A stretch of 20,000 bases of DNA from an uncultured virus (IMG/VR IMGVR_UViG_3300030606_000005) (Duplodnaviria; Heunggongvirae; Uroviricota; Caudoviricetes): the IMG/VR virus record IMGVR_UViG_3300030606_000005; one strand, given 5' to 3'. Shown here piece by piece: positions 1 to 7,467 of this stretch (the stretch's first letter is position 1; each line of letters begins with the position of its first letter). Position numbers and translations under genes: made by a program. The notes under the pieces are model-generated. The model saw nothing but the letters and a program-made list of their open reading frames with translations, did not search any database and had not been told where the DNA came from.

Positions 1-1128
1 GGACTCCAGCGGCGGATCGACCTGCTCGCCGAGACGATCCCCGGCGACGACGCCTACCGGATCGCCGCAGCCTGGGTGTACACGACACTGCTGGTCGCGT
101 GGTGCGAGGACCACGGCCTCATCGAGACCCGGCTGCGAGCCGGCGCACAGGACCGGCGCAAGGCGCACCTCGATGCGGGCGGGAGGATGCTCGGCTGGCT
201 GGGCTGGTCGGCCGCCGCACTCACCGTGCACCCCTCCACCGCGTGCCTGCTGGACCCCCGCTACAACCCGATCACGAAGGGCGCCCCCACCGAGCAGGCC
301 GCCCGCGCGCTCGTCGACTGGTGGACCGACGAAGCCCCCGACCTCGCCTACCCCACGGGCAAGGGGCCCGCGTCCATCACCGGCTGGCTGGCCGGAGACA
401 TGCTCCAACTCGTCACCGACGAACGCCGCCTCGCCAACGCCCTGTGCCAGACCCCCTGGTGGATCGCCGACTTCCTCCTCGACCGCACCCTCGCCCCCGC
501 CATCGGCGCCTTCCCCGGCCAGCTGCTGCGGGTCATCGACCCCGCCTGCGGCACCGGACACCTCCTCGTCTGGGCACTCATAGGCCTCTACCACTGGTAC
601 CGCAGCGACCGCCCCGGGCACCCCGCGATGGATCCCCGCCGGGCCATCAGGCGGGCATTGGCGGGACTGCACGGCGTGGAACTCGACCCGCTCACCGCCG
701 CCGTCGCACGCCTGCGCCTCACCGTCACCGCCGGCGCCCTCCTCGCAGCAGACGGCGCACTCCCCACCCCGCTGCGCCTGCACCAGATCCCCGCCGGCCT
801 GCGGCCCCGGGTCGCCATCGGCAACGCGCTCCTCGCCGGACTCGACGACCCGTGCCCGCCCGGCACGATCCTCGACGACACCGCCGACTACCCCGGAATC
901 CTCACCCGCGGCACCTACCACGCCGTCGTCGCCAACCCCCCGTACATCACGGTCAAGGACCCGGCCGTGAGCAAGGCGATCAAGGCCGCCTACTTCGCGG
1001 CCCACGGCAAGTACAGCCTGTCGGTGCCCTTCGCCCAGCTCACCTTCGACCTCGCTATCCGTGGCGCCCCGGACGGAGAACCCCTCGCACCGCCAGAACA
1101 GCTCGGCCTGTTCGCCACCCCGGCATGA
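1..1128 (+). CDS. PglX (BREX-2/Pgl)-like N6-adenine DNA methyltransferase, short form; 5' end lies outside the window
   Basis: Frame is open from base 1 (GLQRRIDLLAETIPGDDAYRIAAAWVYTTLLVAWCEDHGLI...). SAM-binding motif I IDPACGTGHLL, motif II LHGVELDP, catalytic motif IV VVANPPY. Segments 'AWVxTTLxVAWCEDHGLI', 'ALCQTPWWIADFLLDRTLAPAI' and 'NPPYITVKD...GKYSLSVPF' resemble actinobacterial PglX as I recall it. Confidence 0.85.
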   Translation, partial: GLQRRIDLLAETIPGDDAYRIAAAWVYTTLLVAWCEDHGLIETRLRAGAQDRRKAHLDAGGRMLGWLGWSAAALTVHPSTACLLDPRYNPITKGAPTEQAARALVDWWTDEAPDLAYPTGKGPASITGWLAGDMLQLVTDERRLANALCQTPWWIADFLLDRTLAPAIGAFPGQLLRVIDPACGTGHLLVWALIGLYHWYRSDRPGHPAMDPRRAIRRALAGLHGVELDPLTAAVARLRLTVTAGALLAADGALPTPLRLHQIPAGLRPRVAIGNALLAGLDDPCPPGTILDDTADYPGILTRGTYHAVVANPPYITVKDPAVSKAIKAAYFAAHGKYSLSVPFAQLTFDLAIRGAPDGEPLAPPEQLGLFATPA

Positions 1129-1134
1129 CCGCCT

Positions 1135-1209
1135 GCCCGGGTGGCGGAACAGGCAGACGCAGCCGCCTTAAAAGCGGATCAGTTGCGGGTTCGAATCCCG
1201 TCCCGGGCA
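1135..1209 (+). tRNA. tRNA-Leu(UAA)-like, bldA-type anticodon, short variable loop, no encoded CCA
   Basis: Acceptor GCCCGGG/CCCGGGC with discriminator A; D arm GCG..CGC containing GG; anticodon stem CCGC/GCGG with loop CTTAAAA (TAA at 1169-1171); T arm GCGGG-TTCGAAT-CCCGT. Confidence 0.85.
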
Positions 1210-1243
1210 CGTCAACCAGCCACGCACCAAGGAGTTCCAGCAC

Positions 1244-1507
1244 ATGCGCCGTATCAAGGCCGCGTCCGTCGAGCAGCTGCTTACCGGCAACGGTCACAAG
1301 CTCAGCGAGTTCTGGGACGGCGACTGGGACCCCGGGTTCCGCGTCGCGCAGGGCGGCACCCGCGTCGTGTTCGTTTTCTACGACGGTCACGACGAGGCCG
1401 ACCAGCTCGACGCCGTTACGGCCGAGCTGCGCGGTGCTGGGTACCACGTGGTCGCCACGCATCAGGAAGGCGCCGGGCACCGGCGCCTGGAGGTGACCCG
1501 CCCATGA
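1244..1507 (+). CDS. hypothetical phage protein (87 aa)
   Basis: AAGGAG RBS upstream, GC3-rich codons, ATGA overlap with the next gene. Confidence 0.8.
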   Translation: MRRIKAASVEQLLTGNGHKLSEFWDGDWDPGFRVAQGGTRVVFVFYDGHDEADQLDAVTAELRGAGYHVVATHQEGAGHRRLEVTRP

Positions 1508-1725
1508 TCGCCGTTCGCCGCATCCTCAACCGGGCCATCGCGCACGCGGTGCTGCTCGGCCGCCACCACCGCACGGCCGTCGTCGGCGGCTACCACTGGC
1601 GCTACTGCTCCCACCGTTCCCATTGGCTCCGGCTGCCGTGCTGGCGCTGGTTCATCCACGACGGCTACTGCCACCACCACAACGAGACCTGCTGGCTCAA
1701 CTGCCCGGAGCGCCCTCTTGACTAA
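1504..1725 (+). CDS. small Cys/His/Trp-rich hypothetical protein (73 aa)
   Basis: ATG overlaps the previous stop, GGAGG upstream; MIAVRRILNRA...YCSHRSHWLRLPCWRWFIHDGYCHHHNETCWLNC. Confidence 0.65.
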   Translation: MIAVRRILNRAIAHAVLLGRHHRTAVVGGYHWRYCSHRSHWLRLPCWRWFIHDGYCHHHNETCWLNCPERPLD

Positions 1726-2056
1726 GCCCACCCCGATCGACGAGCTACGTACGGCTGCCGCCCGCCTGCGCGACGACCGGAACTGCGACGGCCACCGCGT
1801 CGACTGCAACAGCCGCGAACTGCTGGAGATGATCCGCGTCCTGCTGCGCGCCCGCGAACCGCTCGCCGAGTTCCTGGAGACCGAGGCCGGCGTCGCCGAG
1901 GACATTCAGCGGCAGAGCCCGGACCTCACCGCCGATCAGGTCGCCGCGTTCGTTCACGGCGCGCTCGGCACCGCCCGTGCCATCAACGCCGCCGCCGAGC
2001 CCGGCCCTGTGCGCGGCGGCGCCATCCTCGACCACCTCACCGGAGGAACGACCTGA
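1718..2056 (+). CDS. hypothetical phage protein (112 aa)
   Basis: TTG start with GGAG upstream, coupled to both neighbours, coding-like codon bias. Confidence 0.75.
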   Translation: MTKPTPIDELRTAAARLRDDRNCDGHRVDCNSRELLEMIRVLLRAREPLAEFLETEAGVAEDIQRQSPDLTADQVAAFVHGALGTARAINAAAEPGPVRGGAILDHLTGGTT

Positions 2057-2436
2057 TGCAGCCCGCCTTCACCCGCGGCTTCCGCCTGCACCACAACGGC
2101 CAGGTCCTCGACGGTGCCGAGTTTCCCTCCGGCCGCGCATTCGTGATCGACGACCCCGAGCACGGGCTCGCGTCCGCTGCGACGTCGGTGCAGCACCTCC
2201 TGGAGGGCTACCACGGCGCCCGCGTCGAATGGCCCGGCGACCAGCTCGTACCCACGGCGCTGCTGCTCGACCTGGTGAACATCGTCGCCAACGCCCGGCG
2301 GGACCGGCCCTTCCCCGAGGCCACGGCGCGCGCAGTCCTCGGCCAGCTCACGAAGTACCTGGGCTACGACGTCGCCGAACGCGCCGCCGAGCAGGAAGCC
2401 ACCCGCGCCCTCGCACGAGGGGACACGCACCTGTGA
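2056..2436 (+). CDS. hypothetical phage protein (126 aa)
   Basis: TGATG coupling, GGAGG RBS, GC3 bias. Confidence 0.8.
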   Translation: MQPAFTRGFRLHHNGQVLDGAEFPSGRAFVIDDPEHGLASAATSVQHLLEGYHGARVEWPGDQLVPTALLLDLVNIVANARRDRPFPEATARAVLGQLTKYLGYDVAERAAEQEATRALARGDTHL

Positions 2437-2852
2437 GGCCGGAGCTGCGCCGTCCTGGCGCCCGCTGGCGGCTGCTCGTGCACGAGTGGGCCGGACGCGT
2501 CTCCGGCCAGCGCGACGGCATGTACGGCGCCGCGCACAGCATCGCCAGCGACACCGCGTTCGGCGGCAAGGTCCCCGACGGCGAGCACTACAAGAACCAC
2601 CTGTTCGAGAACACCGAGTTCGACGAACTGACGGTCGGCAGGTGGCTACACATCGAGCAGATGGACCACCGCGTGTGGTGGATGAACATCGCCGGGATCA
2701 CCGTGCACGCCACCGTCGACCGCGACGGCCGCCCGCTGCGCGTGTGGGTGTCCGGCCCCTACGACTACGACGAACCCGTGCCTGACTGCCGCTACGAGCT
2801 GACCTGGACCAACCCCGAGCAATACCCGAAGGAGCAAGCCGATGGACGCTGA
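2433..2852 (+). CDS. hypothetical phage protein (139 aa)
   Basis: GTGA overlap with the previous stop; globular-looking sequence (FDELTVGRWLHIEQMDHRVWWMNIAGITV). Confidence 0.75.
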   Translation: MRPELRRPGARWRLLVHEWAGRVSGQRDGMYGAAHSIASDTAFGGKVPDGEHYKNHLFENTEFDELTVGRWLHIEQMDHRVWWMNIAGITVHATVDRDGRPLRVWVSGPYDYDEPVPDCRYELTWTNPEQYPKEQADGR

Positions 2853-3096
2853 ACACCGCGTCGTCACGATCGACCGCCACGAGTGGGTACTGAAGAGCCC
2901 CGCCCACCACACCGAGATCGGCAAGGCCGTCGACGCCGCCGAACTGGAACGCGCCACGCAGGCCTCCAAGGGCGTGCGTACCGGCGACGTCCACGTCCAC
3001 GGCGACGACACCGAGTTGGTCATCTCATTCGAGGCCGAGCGGAAGAACTCCAAGCGGACGATCCGCGACCAGATCATCGAGGCCGACGATGCCTGA
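2842..3096 (+). CDS. hypothetical phage protein (84 aa)
   Basis: GAAGGAG RBS, overlaps neighbours, GC3 bias. Confidence 0.8.
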   Translation: MDAEHRVVTIDRHEWVLKSPAHHTEIGKAVDAAELERATQASKGVRTGDVHVHGDDTELVISFEAERKNSKRTIRDQIIEADDA

Positions 3097-3463
3097 GAAG
3101 CGCATCAGGACCGACACCATCCGAGGACAATGCCCCGCGTGCGGGTGGGCGTCGCTCTTCGTCGGCGAGGGCGGCTACCTCACGTGCTCGCGGCTGGAAT
3201 GCCCGCAGCCCGACACCGCGCACAGAATCCTCGCCGACCGCGAGACCGAGCACATCGTGCAGTTCGACGACGACGGCTTCACCGTCCGCCACCCGCTGCG
3301 CGAGCGCCTCGACGACGCGCTGATGCGATGCGACCTGCACCGGCACTGCGCCTCCCTGCCCGGCCCTCCGGATGCGCCCGGTCGGTACCGGACTGTCGAG
3401 CAAGACGGCGGCTGGCTGTTCCAACGGCTCGACGTGCAGGAGGCCGCCAGTGCAGACGATTGA
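3089..3463 (+). CDS. hypothetical protein with N-terminal CxxC...CxxxxC zinc ribbon (124 aa)
   Basis: GQCPACG...YLTCSRLECPQP; coupled within the operon. Confidence 0.8.
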   Translation: MPEKRIRTDTIRGQCPACGWASLFVGEGGYLTCSRLECPQPDTAHRILADRETEHIVQFDDDGFTVRHPLRERLDDALMRCDLHRHCASLPGPPDAPGRYRTVEQDGGWLFQRLDVQEAASADD

Positions 3464-4016
3464 CGACCTCGTCCGGGACCTGCTCGATTGTTGGACCGGC
3501 GACGAGCAGCATCCCGGCGACGGCGGCCCCGGCCTCATCACCAGACTCGACAGCCTCGCCCTGCGTACCCGGCAGCCGCCCGCCGGCGGGCACGCCCCGC
3601 CCGGCAGCCGCCCGCCCGCCTCGCTGGACGCCGTGCACTGGTCGACGGCGATCAAGGCTCAGGCGCGCATCCTCGACATGGAGCTGCGCGGCTCCAGCCA
3701 CATGCAGCAGTGGGACCGCGCCCTCCGCGCGATCCCGCCAGGCGCCGAGGCCGCGGGCCGCGTCGCTGAGGTCGCATCCACCGTCGGCCGCTGGCACTCC
3801 AGCTGCCGCACCGCGCTCGGACTCCAGGAGCCGGCCCGGCACTACCGGCACGTGCTCTGTCTGGTGTGCGGCCAGCGCACCGTGTACGGCCGCGCCGACG
3901 GCGACCGCCCGCGCGCCTGGTGCATCAACGACGTCTGCACCGACGAGGACACCGGGCAGCCCGCCCGGTACGAGGGCGACCGCCTGTACCTGCTCACGGA
4001 GAACCGGGCCTCATGA
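3450..4016 (+). CDS. actinophage protein with C-terminal zinc finger (188 aa)
   Basis: GTG start after AGGAGG; PGSRPPASLDA motif and CLVCG...WCINDVC zinc ligands. Confidence 0.75.
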   Translation: MQTIDDLVRDLLDCWTGDEQHPGDGGPGLITRLDSLALRTRQPPAGGHAPPGSRPPASLDAVHWSTAIKAQARILDMELRGSSHMQQWDRALRAIPPGAEAAGRVAEVASTVGRWHSSCRTALGLQEPARHYRHVLCLVCGQRTVYGRADGDRPRAWCINDVCTDEDTGQPARYEGDRLYLLTENRAS

Positions 4017-4756
4017 CCGCAGACACGCCCGTCGCCCACGGCTACACCGTGCGCGACCTCGAACACTTCGCCCGGCTCGTCCTGCGCATGGACCGCTGGT
4101 ACATCGCTGGAGACATTGATGAGCGGTACGACGCCGTGTGGTTCGGCATCACCGAGTGCCTGCTCACCGCCGATGAGCCGCCGACCCGGCGGGAGCTGCT
4201 GAACGCGGGCACCGCGGCCTCCGACGCCCGGGTCAGGGACGACATGCGCACGCACGGCCGGTGCACGCAGAACTTCGGCCAGCCGATGCCCCGCTTCCAC
4301 GCCTACTGGAATCCGGCCAACCCTCCGTCGCCGGAACACCGTGTCGTCGAGCGTCTCGCCGTACAGCAGATCTGGCCGCTGCTCCAGCCCCGCCAGCGGC
4401 AGGCTCTCGCAGCGCTCGCCACCACCGGCGACTACGACAAGGCCGCCGCCGCGCTCGGCATCACCAAGGGGACCTTCGGCGTGCTCATCTCCACTGGCCG
4501 CCGCCGCTTCTACGCCTGGTGGCACGAGCACGAAATGCCCTCGCGTCAGTGGCGCACAGACCGGCGGGTTCGTTCCAGGGACGGCCGCGACCACCTCGGA
4601 CGACAGCGGCTCACCGCAGCGCAGGTCGACGCCTACCGGCAGCGCCGCGACGCCGGCGAACCCGTGAAGGCTCTGGCCGCTGAAGCAGGAATAGCGACCG
4701 GCACCATGTACCAGCTACTCAAGGGCGCGTCCAAGCCTGCGCAGGTGATGACGTGA
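4013..4756 (+). CDS. sigma-70 region 4-like / HTH transcription regulator with an extra C-terminal HTH (247 aa)
   Basis: SPEHRVVERLAVQQIWPLLQPRQRQALAAL...DYDKAAAALGITKGTF...ISTGRRR matches the sigma region 4 pattern; second HTH LTAAQV...GEPVKALAAEAGIATGTMYQLLKG. Confidence 0.7.
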   Translation: MTADTPVAHGYTVRDLEHFARLVLRMDRWYIAGDIDERYDAVWFGITECLLTADEPPTRRELLNAGTAASDARVRDDMRTHGRCTQNFGQPMPRFHAYWNPANPPSPEHRVVERLAVQQIWPLLQPRQRQALAALATTGDYDKAAAALGITKGTFGVLISTGRRRFYAWWHEHEMPSRQWRTDRRVRSRDGRDHLGRQRLTAAQVDAYRQRRDAGEPVKALAAEAGIATGTMYQLLKGASKPAQVMT

Positions 4757-5997
4757 GCAGCAGCACTCTGGAGGCACTCGCCGCCGAAGCCCCGGGCCCC
4801 GACGGGCACCGGCAGATCATGCGCGTGGCCGTCAACGCCGTCGCCGCCGCGCGTGGCATGCCTGCGCCGTGGCCCATGGACATTCCCGGTGATACGGCCG
4901 AGCGCGTTGTGAAGCTGCTGGCCGACCTCGCAGACCTCAGCCAGTGGGGTGCTGCGGAACTCGGCGAGCTGCGCGAGCAACTGCTCGCGACCGAGGACCG
5001 CAGCGCGTCGGGCGTCTGGTACACGCCAGCCGAGGTCGCCCGGCCACTGACCCACGCCGCCCTGGGCGAGATCACCGACCTGCACCTGGACGACGACCCC
5101 GTCGACGTCCTCAACGTCTCGGTCCTGGACCCGGCGTGCGGCTGCGGAGTGTTCCTCATCGCCGCCGCACGCATCCTCGCCTCCGCCTACGTCGGCCTGC
5201 TGTACGGCACGCAGGATCCCGCCCCGCTCACTGTTCAGGCCGTCATGGCCGACGTCATGCGCTGCTGCGTGTACGGCATCGACACCGACCCGGTCGCCGT
5301 CGACCTCGCCAAGGCCATGTGCTGGCTGGAGACCAGCGGCTTCGCCCCCATCGACTGGCTCGACGACAACATCGTCGTCGGCAACGCCCTCGCAGGGGAC
5401 ATCCCTCCGGCGCTGACCGGCCGGCTCAGCACGGCCAGCCCGCTGGCGATCGTGGGCAACCCGCCCTACAAAGACAAAGCCAAGGGCGCCGCCCCATGGA
5501 TCGAAGCCCGCCGTCCCCACCGGCTGAAGGACCGTTCCCCCGACGAACTCTGGCGCCCGTCCTTGGACGAGTTCCGCACCCCCGGCCAGGGCCGGTTCGA
5601 GTACACGCTGTCCAACCTGTACGTGTACTTCTGGCGCTGGGCCCTGTGGCGCGTCTTCGAAACCCGCATGAACGCCGGGGTGATCGCGTTCCTCACCCCG
5701 AGCGCCTGGCTGAAGAGCGAGGCATTCAATGGGATGCGCGGCGCCATGCGCGGGGCCGCCGACCGGATCCTCATCGTCGACCTGACACCCGAGGGCAAAG
5801 CGCCGCCCACCAAGACGCGCATCTTCCCGGGCGTCACCCTTCCCCTCTGTGCGGCAGTGCTCGCCCGGCGCGGAGGCCCACGACCGGACGACATGGCCCC
5901 CGCACACATCGCCACCGTTTCGGGCAGCCGCGAGGACAAATTCCGGCAGCTCGAACGGCTCCTCGGCGCTTCAAGCCCGACATGGGGCGCCTCGTGA
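4753..5997 (+). CDS. N6-adenine DNA methyltransferase (gamma-class motif order; Eco57I-like front, type ISP-like back), apparently lacking a TRD (414 aa)
   Basis: GVWYTP (motif X), VLDPACGCGVFL (motif I), VYGIDTDP (motif II), IVVGNAL, IVGNPPY (motif IV), NLYVYFWRWA, GVIAFLTP. Confidence 0.85.
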   Translation: MSSSTLEALAAEAPGPDGHRQIMRVAVNAVAAARGMPAPWPMDIPGDTAERVVKLLADLADLSQWGAAELGELREQLLATEDRSASGVWYTPAEVARPLTHAALGEITDLHLDDDPVDVLNVSVLDPACGCGVFLIAAARILASAYVGLLYGTQDPAPLTVQAVMADVMRCCVYGIDTDPVAVDLAKAMCWLETSGFAPIDWLDDNIVVGNALAGDIPPALTGRLSTASPLAIVGNPPYKDKAKGAAPWIEARRPHRLKDRSPDELWRPSLDEFRTPGQGRFEYTLSNLYVYFWRWALWRVFETRMNAGVIAFLTPSAWLKSEAFNGMRGAMRGAADRILIVDLTPEGKAPPTKTRIFPGVTLPLCAAVLARRGGPRPDDMAPAHIATVSGSREDKFRQLERLLGASSPTWGAS

Positions 5998-6002
5998 TGG
6001 GG

Positions 6003-6458
6003 TCAGGGCGCGTCGATCTCGGCTTGAGTACGTGGGTCACCGTTGAGTCGGATCGCGATCGTGCGCGCCGTCTCGTGATTGACGTCCGCCCAGCGGCCGA
6101 TCTCGCGGAAGGAATGGCCGGCCCGGCGCGCACCGGCGATGTCCTGTTCGAGTTCCCGCCTTCGCTGGGTGATGACCCTCGCTCGGCGGCGAAGCCGGGG
6201 CGTCCAGCGCTCGGCTCCAGGGGCGACGGCTCCCATCTTGTTGTACCGGGGGTGCTCACGCTGGATCGCGCGGAGTTCCGCCTTGAGCGCGGCCTGCCGC
6301 GTGCGGCGCCATGTGATCTCCTTCGTGGCAACCTCAGGCCACCACGCCTTGTCGGCCTCATGCTGTGCGAACCGGACCGAGGGTCGATCGGTGACGCCGA
6401 CATACAGAAGGTGCCCGTCGGCGTCGTACAGCCGGTACAGCGCCGTCCGGCCGCTCAT
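6003..6458 (-). CDS. GIY-YIG nuclease domain fused to a C-terminal HTH (151 aa)
   Basis: TALYRLYDADGHLLYVGVT..PSVRFAQH..K.WW...ALKAELRAIQREHPRYN; HTH GHSFREIGRWADVNHETARTI. Confidence 0.85.
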   Translation of the reverse strand: MSGRTALYRLYDADGHLLYVGVTDRPSVRFAQHEADKAWWPEVATKEITWRRTRQAALKAELRAIQREHPRYNKMGAVAPGAERWTPRLRRRARVITQRRRELEQDIAGARRAGHSFREIGRWADVNHETARTIAIRLNGDPRTQAEIDAP

Positions 6459-6688
6459 TTGTCGGCCTCTTCCCGCTCCCGCGTTTCTCGCGCGCGCCGT
6501 GCTTCCAGCACCACCTTTCGGGCCGGCCGTGAGGGCAGCTCGGCACCGGGCTCACGCAGGTACCAGGCGATCAGCTCGCGGATCACGGCGGCGCGCTCAG
6601 TGCCAACGCTCTTGGCCGCGGCGTCGAAGTCGTACCACTCGTCACCGATGCGGATCTGGCGAGCTGGAGTCTTCGGCGCATTCGGCAT
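6455..6688 (-). CDS. ribbon-helix-helix DNA-binding protein, probable repressor (77 aa; alternative start near 6733)
   Basis: TPARQIRIGDEWYDFDAAAKSVGTERAAVIRELIAWY has the beta-strand + two helices RHH pattern; stop overlaps the start of the GIY-YIG gene. Confidence 0.8.
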   Translation of the reverse strand: MPNAPKTPARQIRIGDEWYDFDAAAKSVGTERAAVIRELIAWYLREPGAELPSRPARKVVLEARRARETREREEADK

Positions 6689-6704
6689 GAGCGCACCGTA
6701 CCGG

Positions 6705-6810
6705 GGTGTAGCTACGGGCTTCAATGTCCTCACCTCCGGGTGTAGCTACAGAAATCATGGTCCACCGCCTTGCGGTGTAGCTACACCTCACGCTATGGTG
6801 TAGCTACACC
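6705..6810. promoter_or_regulatory. four copies of the palindromic operator GGTGTAGCTACACC
   Basis: GGTGTAGCTAC 6705-6715; GGTGTAGCTACA 6739-6750; perfect 14-bp palindromes at 6774-6787 and 6797-6810. All lie between divergent genes. Confidence 0.9.
6770..6799 (+). promoter_or_regulatory. putative housekeeping-sigma promoter overlapped by operators 3 and 4
   Basis: TTGCGG (6770-6775)-N18-TATGGT (6794-6799), followed by AAGGAGG RBS and ATG at 6829. Confidence 0.6.
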
Positions 6811-6828
6811 CAAAGTCAAGGAGGGGTC

Positions 6829-7188
6829 ATGGACGCACAGCTCACGCGCAGGATCACCGTCGCCGAGTACCTCGTACGGCGCGACCTCCCGGCCGACTGG
6901 CGCTTCGGCTCTTGGCTGGGTCGTGTCGCCGCTGAGATCTACCGCGACACCTACCGGCGCGAGCCGTCCAAGGCGTTCCGGTTCATCAACGGCCGCTTCC
7001 GCAGGGTGATGGCGTACCGGCCGTCCGAGGCGCACGTGCTGATCGCCGCGTGGGAGCGGTACGGCCGGTTCGCCGAGGACCGGCCCGCCCCGGCCGTCCG
7101 TACCCGCCACGTCCCGGCGCCCCGCTTGACCAGCATCGACGCGATGCGGTGGACCCCGAGCCGTGGCCCTGTCCGTAGCCACCCGTAA
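6829..7188 (+). CDS. hypothetical protein resembling the C-terminal domain of actinophage antirepressors (119 aa)
   Basis: Strong RBS; FGSWLGRVAAEIYRDTYRREPSK...INGRFRRVMAY pattern recalled from phage antirepressor C-termini. Confidence 0.6.
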   Translation: MDAQLTRRITVAEYLVRRDLPADWRFGSWLGRVAAEIYRDTYRREPSKAFRFINGRFRRVMAYRPSEAHVLIAAWERYGRFAEDRPAPAVRTRHVPAPRLTSIDAMRWTPSRGPVRSHP

Positions 7189-7213
7189 CCGTCCGCCCCG
7201 GAAAGGGGGAGTC

Positions 7214-7459
7214 ATGTCCGACACCCTGATTCGCGCTCTCGACCTGATCGAGCCCGGTGACCTGGTCGTCTACCACGGCTCCATCCGCAGCATGCACGGC
7301 CTGTGGCTGGCGATCCCGTGCCCGTGCCGGATCTGCCAGGCCGTGGACGCGCTCGGTCTGGTCGACGTCCGGTTCGCGTTGGCCGACCCGTGGGGCGAGC
7401 GGCCCGGCCCCCACCACGTCCGCCGCCAGTCCATCACCCGCTCTATCGCCTGCGGCTGA
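7214..7459 (+). CDS. hypothetical protein with CxCxxC motif (81 aa)
   Basis: AAAGGGGGAG RBS; PGDLVVYHGSI...CPCRIC...HVRRQSIT. Confidence 0.75.
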   Translation: MSDTLIRALDLIEPGDLVVYHGSIRSMHGLWLAIPCPCRICQAVDALGLVDVRFALADPWGERPGPHHVRRQSITRSIACG

Positions 7460-7467
7460 GCACCCCA

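Noticed and set aside
99..1496. Long alternative-frame ORFs (e.g. 99-1496, 4944-6803, the 5' part of 8118-9563, 8652-10094, 10885-12222)
   Set aside because: Arg/Pro/Gly-rich shadow frames expected in high-GC DNA; they overlap better-supported genes or tRNAs.
1..6000. A complete BREX/Pgl or restriction-modification operon
   Set aside because: No pglW/pglY/pglZ, helicase, specificity subunit or cognate REase next to either MTase within the window; upstream of base 1 cannot be assessed.
6705..6810. Regularly spaced repeats as a mini-CRISPR array or iterons
   Set aside because: Repeats are only 11-14 bp, palindromic and unevenly spaced, with no cas or rep gene; operators fit better.
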